A DNA stretch of 64,000 nt, taken from assembly GCA_965178125.1 (NCBI GenBank), contig OZ237746.1, forward strand, positions 1,054,001-1,118,000, written 5' to 3'. Each line of letters opens with the position of its first letter. Positions within the stretch are counted from its first letter, which is position 1. This document shows positions 24,413 to 35,472 of the stretch, piece by piece. The notes beneath the pieces are model-generated. The model was not told where the DNA came from and did not search any database. It saw nothing but the letters and a program-made list of their open reading frames with translations. This stretch comes from Bilabrum cf. latius (taxonomy: Eukaryota). Both the position numbers and the translations under genes were made by a program.

Positions 24413-26067
24413 TTAGTAGCGGTATCCTTGTTCCCGCCGCCCACCATCTCCGTAGCTCCGGCCGCCGTCCCGGCCGTACCCTCCACGTGGACGGTCGTCC
24501 TCGCGGTACCCTCCACCTCCTCGCCCCCCGTATCCACCCCCCCCACCGCCCCCCCGATAGCCTCCGTACCCCCCGCCTCCGCCGCCGTACGGCCCACCTC
24601 GCCTGCCGTCGTCGTACCGGCCGCCCCCTCCACCTCCGCCGCCGTACCCGCCCCCCCCTCCGCCTCGGTCGTCCCGGCTCCTGCTCCGGTCGTGGTACCC
24701 GCCGCGCCCGCCCCCGCCCCCGCCCCAGCGGGCCCCATACCCCCCCCCGCCTCGGTCGTCTCTGCCCCCCCTGTATCCCCCGCCGTCCCGATAGCCCCCC
24801 CCGTACCCTCCCCCGCGGTACCCGCCCCCGCCCCCGTAAGGCCCACCCCCCCTCCTGTCGTCGTCGTACCCCCCTCTGCCGCGGTAGGAATCCCTCCCGT
24901 CACCCCCCATGCGGCCCCCGCCATCCCCACCCCCCCTGTGCCCCCCACCCCCTTCGAGCACTTGCAGCTGGCCCCGGGACCGCATCCTGGCCCTCTTCTT
25001 GCTCTCCTTCTCGGGGCGACCCGGGCCCAGGCCCCCTCCCAGCCGGCGGGGCAGCCACCCATCCACGGTGCGCCCCCGCTCCACGTCCACCACCACCTTC
25101 CGGCCGTCGATCACGCGGTCCTTGGCCCCCCGGAAGGCCGCCTTGAGGGCCTCGTCGGAGCCCATCTGCACGAAGGCGTACCCGCGGGGCAGCTTCGACT
25201 CCGAGTCCTCCACCACCTTCACGTCCACCACGGCCCCGTACTGCTCGAATTCCCTCCGCAGCCGCGCCTCGGTGGTCTCGTAGGCCAGCCGGCCCACGAA
25301 CAGAGTCGAGTACGCGTCGGCCGTCTTGCTCTACCTCCTGGTCGGCTGGCCGCTGCTGCTGCTGCTGCTGCTGGCAGTCGCCTGGCCCGATGGCGTCTGT
25401 GCGGCATCGGAGGCTGCAGACGAGCTGTCGGCGCCCGCCGCGGAAGAGTCCGGCGCGGCAGGCGGCTTGCTCGCGTCTCCTGCTGCGGGCGGCGACGCAG
25501 CCTTGCCGGCCTGCACCGCGGCGGCCACCTCCATCTCCTTCTCTCGCAGCGTCTTGTATTCGGCTTGCTTCTTTGCTAGCTCTTCCTTGAACTGTCTCGT
25601 CTTCTCGGTGGCGGCGCGCGCCTTGCGCTCGTCCTTCTCGTCGCGGAGCTCCCGCTGCACCGGCGGTGCGGCACGCAGCTGCGAAAGCAAGCTTTTGGCA
25701 CATTGAGAGGCAGCAGCAAATGGAATTCTATACACAGACACGCGCGAAAACAACGATATCTGAACGCAGGCTAGATGGGCCACGCAGTGCAAAGGAGAGC
25801 GCGCACCTTTTCCATGAGATCAGCCACTCCTGTGATCTTGACTGGCTCTCGTTTCTTGCCGGCCGACATCCCCTAGGGCGAGACATACGGCAGTGGCGGC
25901 CTCGGTTCAAACAAGGGCCGCAGCGTCATCGGTAACAGGCTGCCGTACGGCTGCATCACGCCCTTCATGAGCTTGCCGCGACGGCCGCCCCGGCCCCCTC
26001 CTCGGCCGCCGCGGCCCCGTCCTCCGCCTCGCCAGCCGCCTCCCCCTCTACCTCCGTCCCTGTACAT
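24413..26067 (-). CDS. SNRNP70: U1 snRNP 70 kDa protein; intron 25679-25806; 2 in-frame TAG (25873, 25331)
   Basis: N-domain LPMTLRPLFEPRPPLPYVSP*GM...ITGVADLMEK and RRM DAYSTLFVGRLAYETTEARLRREFEQYG...PRGYAFV...IDGRKVVVDVERGRTVDGWLPRRLGGGLG. Stop TAA at 24413. Confidence 0.93.
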
Positions 26068-26216
26068 TCGCGGGTAAGATGACCGGGAACGCTGCAATCC
26101 ACGGGCACGCTTGCCCTCGGATGTGGACGAACTGCAATTGCTGGGCCGGGGGTTGCGTGCGGTTGCAAGGGCGTGTTCGCCCGTCGGAAACTCGGCACGT
26201 CTTCCTCGGTAGACTC
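26068..26216. promoter_or_regulatory. Putative bidirectional promoter between U1-70K and eIF3L (149 nt between ATGs)
   Basis: Head-to-head start codons at 26067 (-) and 26217 (+). No specific motif identified. Confidence 0.45.
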
Positions 26217-28775
26217 ATGGCAGGCGCGATGCAGCAAGGCCGATAGGTCTGGTCGAGCAGTGCAGTGGCTGCGTTTGGTGGCGGGAAGCCGTCTGGCGCT
26301 GCAGGGGCGGGGGGCGACCGAGGCTTTGCGCCGGTCCCTGCAGAGATGATTCAGTTCGCTCGTGATCTCGACTCTGCCGTCGCAGAGAAAAACCAGAGAG
26401 GTGAGGGGACACAATAGGCGGTGCGCTTTGATCGATGCGCCGCTCGACGGAATGCTGCCTGCCGTGCTCCGACCGGGCGCGTCCTTGTCGCTCTGCACGA
26501 GAATCCGAGTGTTTGTTTGAAACCCCGTGCCCCCCACCGACCGACCGCAGATCTCCAGCAGCTGTGTTCCAAGGAGCATTTGCTTGGTTTGCTCAAGGAT
26601 GGTGCGCACAGGCGGCTGCCTGCGCTGCACTTGGTGTCGCAGCACATGGTTCGTGCGCCGGTGGCGGCTGGTCTGCTGTACAGGATTCTGTTCTACCGAT
26701 TCAACCTGATCATCCTGCGCGACGCCGCCGGCGACCGGAAGAATCCTCCCATGGCGATGATCGCAGACGCGTGCGCCACGTTTATTGAGTTTTTGGACGC
26801 CGTCATGCGCACGAGGGAACCCGAGGCTGGTTCGAAGAAGGTGTTTGCGAGGCAGCTCGAGCTGCCCGCGGATGTGTGCTTTGACATCGTGGACGGAAGC
26901 ATCCTGCGGCTGTACGAAATTTTCCACAGGGAGAGGTGAGCCGGCCAGAATCGGCCTCAGTAGCGCCCAGCCCGCTGCCTCAGGCCGTGGAGGCGGATCG
27001 CGCGCCGTGCCCCACGGATCCGCGTTCGCGTAGCTGCACTCCGACAGTCCTACCTGTTCATCACCTGCACGGCCAAAATCCCCATCACTCACCAGTGAAC
27101 CCGCTCTTACTCCCACTCCCACCCGCGCAGGCAGCAGTTCGTGGAGAAGCAGCGCAGCGCAGCCGCGGCCCAGGGCGTGGAGCTGGACCCCGGGGCGGCC
27201 TGGGTGATCGAGAACGTGGACTGCCAGAGCGTGTGGCTGCTGGACCAGCTGCTGGCCTCGCTGCAGAACGTGGTGGCCAAGGCGGGCACTCGGCGGGAGC
27301 TGGAGGGCGGCGAGGACGAGGAGGCGGTCGAGGGCGAGGACGGGGAGGAGGGCAGCGGAGGGGAGGGGGTGCCCCCGCTGACCCGCCGCTGCGGGACGTT
27401 CTGCCTGCTGGCCCTGCTGCGGCTGCACACCAAGTGCGGCGATTTCGGCGCTGCCGTGGAGACGGTCAGCTGCCTTCGGGCCTCGACGGACTCTAGGTTC
27501 CTTCTGGCGAGGGGCTGCCACCTCAACCTGTGGTACTACGCGGCTTTCTCGCTCTTCATGGCGCGGAGGTACGCGGACGCGGCGAGGGCACTCGGCCGGG
27601 CCATGCCCCTGTACCTGCACCTGCTGGACAAGTCCCACCGCCGGGACTTCCAGAGCAAGATCATGAGCAAGATGGCCGGGCTGCTGCTCCTGTGCACGGC
27701 GCTCTCCCCGGGGCTGGCCGTGGACTCGGGGCTGCTGCAGGCCGCCCGCCAGCTGCCGCACCTGGCCCAGCGGGTGGAGAGGCTGAGGGACCTCTCGGCG
27801 GTGGCGGCGGCCGTGCAGGCGGCGGCCCGCGGGGACGGGATGGCCGAGCTCCTCGCTGCGGCGGAGGAGGAGGACGAGGAGGAGGGCGAGGACGGGGAGG
27901 GGGGAGCAGAGGACGGGGGGGACGGGCGCGCCTCGGGGGGTGCCTCCGGCGCCTCGCTGCACGACGCGGGTGCCGCCCGCGCCAGCGTCAAGGAGGCCGT
28001 GCAGGAGCTGCGCGCCCTCTTCAAGGAGGTGGCTCCCTCGTTCATCGACCCGAGCTTCCCCCCCGTGCAGACGGCCGACACGCCCCTGGAGCACCACACG
28101 CACTGGTTCATGCGGGAGGCGCTCCCCCGGCTGGCCACCGTGCCGGCCGTGCGGTCGCTCTTCTCTCTCTACGACTCGATCGAGGCCAGCAAGGTGGGCG
28201 CGCTGGCCAGCCTGCCCGCGGACAGCACGCGGGCGGCCCTGGTGGCCACCAAGATGAGGACCATCGAGGTGAGGGGCGCGGGGGACGCGCCCGCCAGCAG
28301 CGGGCCCCTGGGGTACACGGACAGCGACGTGCACTACAGCGTGGCGGCAGACGGGGTGGTCGAGGTGGCGCACGCGGACGACGCCGCAGGGGGGGAGGTC
28401 AAGTCGGTGGTGGCCCCGGGGTCCGCCGCCCCCTCCACGGCCGAGTCGGACGCGGCTGCGGGGTCGTCGTCGTCGGGCGGGGGCCACCGGCTGTCCCTGG
28501 ACGAGGTGCGCACGGCGGCGCTCATGGCGGCGCAGGAGCTGCGCCTGGGCGCGGCGGGCTCCGCGGGGTCGGCCGGGTCCCGCAAGTCGGCCCGCTCGAG
28601 CGGGGGCGCGCTGGAGAGCTACGTGAGGACGCTGCGCAAGTCGAGCCAGCAGAGGGTGCGGGCGGTCAAGAACTCGTCACGGCTGGCAGACGCCACGGTG
28701 GAGCAGCTGCAGAGGGTCAAGGCCGAGAAGCAGGCCAGGCTGGCGGCGGCGGGGGCCAGCGAAAGCAAGGCCTGA
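26217..28775 (+). CDS. EIF3L: Eukaryotic translation initiation factor 3 subunit L; exons 26217-26400, 26551-26935, 27131-28775; 1 in-frame TAG (26244)
   Basis: Motifs LLYRILFYR, LELPADVCFDIVD, GTFCLLALLRLHTKCGDF, LWYYAAFSLFMARRYADAARAL, VAPSFI and VRSLFSLYDSIEASKVGAL. Both GTGAG...GCAG introns preserve the frame. Stop TGA. Confidence 0.85.
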
Positions 28776-29116
28776 GGCCGGCGGGATCCTTTACGGTCGT
28801 TTTTCTCTTCCCCCTTCCAAAATGGCCTGGGTTCACTAGCAAGCCTCAGGGCAAGGCTTTAGTAGAATTGGCGCAGGTCGACACAGATTTGTCCCGTTTC
28901 TCCGATCCTGCCGACCGCACACGATTTTCAGGCACGAAGCTATGGAAAACACAATTTTATAGTGCAACCGAGCGACGGCATAAACTCTGCCTTCCAAGCC
29001 CGCGCACGAAACCACGCGTGCGACCTGCTGCGAGCCCACTGGCTCCCTCTGCGGTTGATCGATCGATCCACCACTTTGGGGATCGATCAACCCCTTCCCT
29101 TACCAGTGCGCGACCC

Positions 29117-30463
29117 TCACTTGCCCTTCTTGGCCCCAAGCCCGAGGCTCTCCTCCTTGGCGGTGGCGGGGAAGATGCCCTGCGCCACTGCCCGCACCAC
29201 GGCGTCCTTGAGCGTGGGTGCGGTGAGCGCTGGCACCTTGTAGGAGAACCGCAGCTCTGAGGTGAGCTTGGAGCCGTCCAGCTTCATGTGCTTGTTGGAC
29301 AGCAGCTCGGGGTGCAGGTACGGGCTCAGCGGGGTGGCCTTGATCTTGTTCTCGGAGAGCAGGCGCGTCCAGGGCGCCATGTGCGTGGCGTTGGCGGCGT
29401 CCACGGCCGTCTTGATGGCCATGCTCGCCGCGCCCGAGACGAGCATCCCGTGGAAGCCCGTCTTGATCTTGAACACCTCCGAGAGCACGCCGGCCAGCTT
29501 CTCCTGCGTCGTGTCCCCGGGGTCCACCACGTTGTACACGGACCCGGGGCCCGCCTTGCCCGCCGCGGCCAGGTGCCACAGCGCCCTGCACAGGTCAAAG
29601 ACGTGCACCGTGTTCACGCTGAGGCCCTTGTCCCACAGCAGCTGCATCTTCTCCCCCGTGTAGCGGTACGTGGCGGCGCACACGGCCCTGGGCATGACCC
29701 CTTGCACGTCCGCCGGCCCGTACACGAGTGCGGGCCGCACGATGAGCGAGGGTAGGCCCGCCTTGGCGAGCTCGTTCACCTTCTCCTCCGCCGCCAGCAG
29801 GTACTTGGCCGGCGTTGTCCACGGGTCCGTCGCGTTCGACTCCTTGGCGGCTCGCCCCGTGGACTTGTACACGGCCCCCGTCGAGACGAAGATGAACCGC
29901 TTCACGCCGAGCTTGAGCGCGGCGTCGGCGCACTTCTCCGCCGCCGCAACCGTCTTCGCGTACCGGTCCTCCTTGAGGCCGTAGCCCGTCTCTGCGCACA
30001 AGTTGAACACCACGTCGAACGCACCCTTGGACGGATCGAACGCCGCGGCGACGTGCTCGTCCATGGCCAGGTCCGCCTGGACGAAATCCACCAGGTCGGA
30101 CGTGAGGGCAGCCTTGTGCTCGTCCCTGCGAGATCGGGTTGAAAATAAAGCGATGCGCACGTACGTACCGAAAGCCCAGGAGGCGTGCGGGGCGAGGCGC
30201 GAGGACTGTCGCCCGCGCTCGCTCGCTCGATCGGTTGGGTGGTAGAGTCGACAGCGTCCGCGATGCCCTCACCCTGCAAATACCATGGTTGGTCTCTTTT
30301 TGTCTGCTACGCGAATGGAAGACACAAGCTTGTTGTCAATCAGGTACTTGACAAGGTTCCTGCCGCAGCTGCCGCAGCCTCCGAGCACCAAAACCCGTGG
30401 CTTGCCCCCAGCGGACGATCCGCCACCGCTCCCGCCCGTCGAAGCGCCAGCCACGCCGGCCAT
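29117..30463 (-). CDS. NAD-dependent epimerase/dehydratase (extended SDR) family protein; intron 30126-30272
   Basis: Rossmann motif RVLVLGGCGSCGRNLV, then FDVVFNLCAET, RFIFVSTGAVY and IVRPALVYGP. Stop TGA. No TAG codons. Confidence 0.88.
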
Positions 30464-30675
30464 GTCAAACAATGGATTTTCAGTTACCGCGAAAACACAG
30501 TAGGGCGCTACCGAAAAGCGTGACGCGCCGATCAAATGGCCCCCATTGGCGGGATCCTGCGCAGCTGCCGGCTCGTCACCCAGCGTTCTGGATGCCGCCG
30601 CGGCCCGGGGCGGCCGGGGCGCTGGCGGCAGCGACGCCAAGCAGTGGATAGATACTACTGGAATGATATTGCAGA

Positions 30676-32609
30676 TCACTCATCGTCCTCCTCATCCTCT
30701 TCCTCCCCGTCGCCTTCGCCCTCCCCCTCCTCGTCCGGCTAGTAGCCAGGGTCCGGCAGGTTGAGCAGCACCAGCCCGCGCAGCTGCACGGGGGTGAACG
30801 CAGACAGCGCCAGCTCGTCGGGCAGCACCCACGGCCCGGACCCGGCCCCCTCGCCGCTGCCCCCGGCAAGCCCAGAGGCGGCTTCCTCGGCCTCCTCCGC
30901 GGAGAGCCCAGCCGCCGCCCCCGCCTCCCGCACGGCCTGGGCCTGGCTCAGGCTGCCGTCGGGCCGCAGGGAGCCGTGGGCCAGCCGCAGCATGCGGCCC
31001 CTGAACACTTTCTGCGCCCCTTCCTCCTCTGGCACCTTCTCCTGCACCCAGTCCCGTATCCTGGCCAGCACAGCCCCCACCGTCTCTGTCCTGGCCAGCT
31101 GCACGGGGCCCACCACCAGGTCCTTGGGCTTGCTCGGCATGCTGCTCTCCGAACCCCCTCCCCCTTCCTCGTCCTCGCCCTCCTTCTCTTCCCCTTCCCC
31201 GTCCTCTTCGTCGTCCTCTCCATCGCCATCGCCACCTCCCTCCCCGTCCTGGCTCCCTTCTCCCTGCAACTACCCGTCCTCTTCCTCCTCTTCCTCCCCT
31301 TCCCCCCTCGGATCCACCCTGGACACGATCACCGTCAGCAAGATGGGCTGGCCCAGCAGCGCTTGCCTCCCCGCCTGCACCCGTGCCCGCAGCCGCACCA
31401 CACATCTCTCCTTCCTCTTCCGCAGCGCGTCCCGGATCAGGTCGTCCACAAGCCCCCGCGCGACCGCCCTCCTCTCCAGAGGGCCCCCCGTCCGGATGGC
31501 GTCCTCCACCACGCGAGGCACCGCCACCGTCTGCATCTCCGTGGCCACCCCGTCCTCGAACTGCCCCCGCAGCCGCATGCGCCGCAGAGCCTCCGCCAGC
31601 CCCCTCCGAGCCGCCGCCCTGCCCACCTGCAGCGCGCACACCTTGGCCGCCGCGTCGCCCGCCTGCCCCGCCTGCCGCATCCTCCTCCTCATCTCCATGC
31701 GCCCCCGCTGCGCCGCCGCCAGCGCCCTCGACTCCATCTCGCGGATGCGGGCGGCCTCCCTGCGCCTGTCCTGCAGCAGCTCGTGCCTCCTGGCCTGCAG
31801 CCCCCCAAGCTGCTCCTCCTCGGTGACCTCCAGCAGCGCCTGCTCCAGCGTCTTGCCCACCAGCACGTCCAGCAGCGGGGCCACCTCCTCGTCAAAGTCC
31901 CACAGCAGAGCGGGGTCCGTCTGCGTGTCCGCGTCCACGCCGCGCTTCATGTGGTTGCCCTGCATGCAAGCAGGGTCTCCAGCGGGGTACGCGGGCCGCG
32001 GGGGCGGGAGCACGAACTCGTCCGTCTGCGTGGCCTGGTCCAGCACCTCGCCTCCCGCCGAGCGCAGCGACGCGATCGCCGGGTTCTCCTGCTCGTTCTC
32101 CACCAGAAACTGCGTGAGATCTATTTCTTCGTGAGACTCTGGCCTTGCCCTCGCCTTGAACGGGTTGGGCCCTCTTCGGCGCCGCCTTTCCCTCGCCTTG
32201 GCCGCGCGGTCCTCCGCCGTGGAGGTCGAGCCGGCGACTTTCTCCACGTCGGCGTGAGCCAGCGTCCTGCCGAAGGCGGCACCTAATCTGCTCTGCGAAG
32301 CAGTTGCGTCGCTGCCGGCTGGTGCGCCCGGCGCGTCGAACTGGCTCCCCCAGGCCGAGCCACCAGGCGCGGGGTCGCCGGCGCGGCCGGCGGCGCCCGG
32401 CGGACGCGCGAGGGCGGACCCTCTGTAGACACGAGGGTCATGCATAATATTTATGCTGCGTGGGAAGGCGCACGGGTGCTATGGATTTCATGATTCGCTG
32501 CGGGAGCGGCATAGTTGCACATGGTTCCGAAGGGGGCCAGCTCTTACGCCTTTCTAGGCTCATCCGCCGATCGATACAGGTCCTGCGGGGCAAAATCCGA
32601 TTGGTCCAT
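30676..32609 (-). CDS. RSPH3: Radial spoke protein 3 with C-terminal extension; intron 32456-32547; 2 in-frame TAG (31270, 30739)
   Basis: INIMHDPRVYRG, QATQTDEF, GVDADTQ and LLWDFDEEVAPLLDVLVGKTLEQALLEVTEEEQL. The frame continues across two TAGs to an acidic tail and TGA at 30676. Confidence 0.9.
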
Positions 32610-32791
32610 GACCTTGGACGATGAAGCGGTCGGTTTGGACGCATAGCTGTACTAAGCGCCCGCCATCCTGGCTGGTTGATGAAGTTTGCTCAACGGATCC
32701 GCTGCCGATAGAAAGTGCACCTTACTTGATCCGATCGCCTACCAGACCACGAATGGTGGAAACGGCAAGCATAGTAGATTTTCTCGACATC
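32610..32791. promoter_or_regulatory. Putative bidirectional promoter between RSP3 and RPL23A (182 nt between ATGs)
   Basis: Head-to-head start codons at 32609 (-) and 32792 (+). Confidence 0.45.
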
Positions 32792-33518
32792 ATGCCGGGA
32801 AAGGAGGCCACCGACAAGGGTTAGTCGTATTAGGAGTAGCATTGATTCATATTATGTCCCTGTTGTCTTCCTGAATGCGTCTAAATCGCTGCAATCGCCT
32901 GGCTTGCAGTTGCCGCCGTCGCTGGCTGCGGCACGCCAGGCCTGCCACCGGCTGCTGCTATCCTTTACTCGATTCCTCCATCCCGAATCTACCGTTGCAG
33001 CTGCTGCCACTGCCCGTATGGTGCGCAAGGGCGCCCACGGCAAGACCATCAAGGTCCGCACGTCTGTGAGAGCTTGGGATTGTTCGCACCAGTGACTGCC
33101 GTAGCTCTGAATTTTCCCGCCCGCGGTCGGAGCACTGGCACATTCTTTGCACCATTGCACCGTTTTGATATCGCAGGTGCGCTTCTACAGGCCCAAGACC
33201 CTGTCGCTGCCCAGGAAGCCCAAGTACTTGTCTAGGTCGAGCCCTCGCCTGCCCCGCCTCGACAACTGGGCCGTGATCAAGAAGCCCCTTGCGTCTGAGC
33301 GTGCCATCAAGCAGATTGAGGACGCCAACACTTTGGTTCTGATCGTGGACGTGCGCTCGAACAAGCAGCAGATCAAGCGCGCCGTGGAGGAGCGGTACGA
33401 TTGCAAGGTTGTCAAGGTCAGGACTCTGATCCGCCCCGACGGACAGAAGAAGGCCTACGTCATGCTCAAGGCTCACCAGGATGCTCTTGATGTGGCTAAC
33501 AGGATCGGCATCGTCTGA
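32792..33518 (+). CDS. RPL23A: 60S ribosomal protein L23a (uL23); exons 32792-32819, 33001-33065, 33177-33518
   Basis: Spliced product [48 protein letters not shown]...[21 protein letters not shown]...[13 protein letters not shown]...[12 protein letters not shown]. Stop TGA. No TAG codons. Confidence 0.96.
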
Positions 33519-34021
33519 GCTTGCCTATCACGCTGGCTGGTGGCTGCCGGCGATAGTGGACCGGCAGCACTGGAGTGGAAGGGGGGATGTCGCTTGCCCG
33601 ACACCGCTCACTGTGATATGAATCATTGGTGGTGCGTGGATCGGCTGCGGCGAGCTGCGGCTTGGCTTGTGCGACGTGATCGCTTGTCGTGCGTTGATAG
33701 AAGAAGCAAGTGTGCCGCAGTCGTATAGTGTGCCTCTCTTTACTATAAAGAGACCACCTCGCCAGTGCAAACGAGCTGGCACTATTGATGGTGCAGTCCG
33801 TAGTCTATCAACCCACCGGATTCATGCGCACCAGCCCACGCCACACTTATCATCAGGAGGGGTGAGGGGCATGCGCAGCTGAGCCCGGAGTCGAAACCAC
33901 ACCAGCCAGCTGCCCCTGATCAAGCCACTCAGGTCGTCAGGGAAGTTGCCCACGGGCCAGTCAGGGCTGACTGGCATCCGCACATAACTTGTTTTCAAGC
34001 ATCTCCGTGCGCCCTAGGTTC

Positions 34022-35441
34022 ATGAAGTCTCGGCACAGGGGTGGGAGGCCCTCCTCGTTTCTCCGTGTGAGAGGCATCCTTGCCGCACGTGTCTCGTTTG
34101 AACCCTCGGCCTGGGCCGTAAAGCACTGCTCCATGCCGCATTGTACTATGCATATGAGAACGATTCCCTCATCTTGCCACATGAACGCTTGCCTGATTCG
34201 CATGCAACGCGCGTTCCCCCATCCGTTTCATTTGAAGTATGCTTTTGCGTCGCAGGACCGGCGCCTGCTCATTGGGGGCCTCCTTGGCAGCGTGGTGCTC
34301 GTGATTATTGCGATTCGGTTCATGTCCGGGGGCGACTCGGGCACCAGCAATTCGTCGGGTTCGCAAACAACGGTTCGAGGCCACTCGGCCGCTCCGATCG
34401 ACAACGTGGATCTGGAAGGCACGACCCCAATCCCGGGCGAGGAGCTGCTCAACACCCCGCACGGGTGAGTCATTCCATAATTTGCGCATCGCGCGCTCCT
34501 GCTGCCGCCGAGCCGGCCCGGAGGCAATCTTTGCCAGTGGCGCTGCTGGCTCCCGTCCCTTGCTGTGCCCCTTCCATCCGGCCCGTAGCGTCCTCCCATC
34601 CGCCCTATTCTCGCACCACTGCACCCCCACTCCACCCCCCCCCGCGCTTCCCCCGCGCTTCCCCCCAATCGCCTCATTGCAGCGGCCAGCTTGTGAACCT
34701 GATCGCCTCCGCGGACCGTCAGCGGGCCTTGCGGCTGGACGTGTCCCCCCAGCTGCCCACGCTCACGCTCACCCAGCGCCAGCTGTGCGACATCGAGCTG
34801 CTCATGTCGGGCGGCTTCTCCCCGCTGAACAAGTTCATGACGAGGGACGTGTACGAGGGGGTGGTGAACGACATGCGGCTGGGCCCCTCCTTCGGCGACC
34901 GGGTCTTCCCCATGCCCATCACGCTGGACGTCTCGGACGAGGTGGCGGCGGGGGTGAGCCCCGGCAGCCAGCTGGCCCTGAGGGACCCCTTCTACAACCT
35001 GGTGGCGGTGCTCACTGTGGAGGACAAGTACCAGCCGAACAAGGCGGAGGAGGCGCTCAAGGTCTTCGGGACGAGGGACCAGTCGCACCCCGCGGTGGAC
35101 TACCTCATGAACCAGGCGGGCTCGTGGTACATTGGGGGCTCCATCGAGGGGGTCAGGCTGCCCCAGCACTTCGACTTCAACGAGGACAGGCTCACCCCGA
35201 GGATGGTCCGGAGGCTCGTGGCCTCCCGCCGCTGGGACAAGTTCGTGGCCTTCCAGACGAGGAACCCCATGCACCGCGCGCACATCGAGCTCACCCGGCT
35301 GGCGGCCGAGGAGATCGACGCGGGCGTGCTGATCCACCCCGTGGTGGGCATGACCAAGCCGGGGGACGTGGACTACGCCGTGAGGGTGCGCTGCTACAGG
35401 GCCATCGTGGCCTCGGGGCGGTACTACAAGCCGGGGCGGGT

Positions 35442-35472
<31 letters not shown>

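Noticed and set aside
32820-32885. Possible box C/D snoRNA in the AT-rich RPL23A intron 1 (GCATT...CTGAATGC)
   Set aside because: A D-box-like CTGA and a short terminal stem are present, but I see no convincing C box (RTGATGA) or rRNA-complementary guide. It needs snoscan or Infernal.
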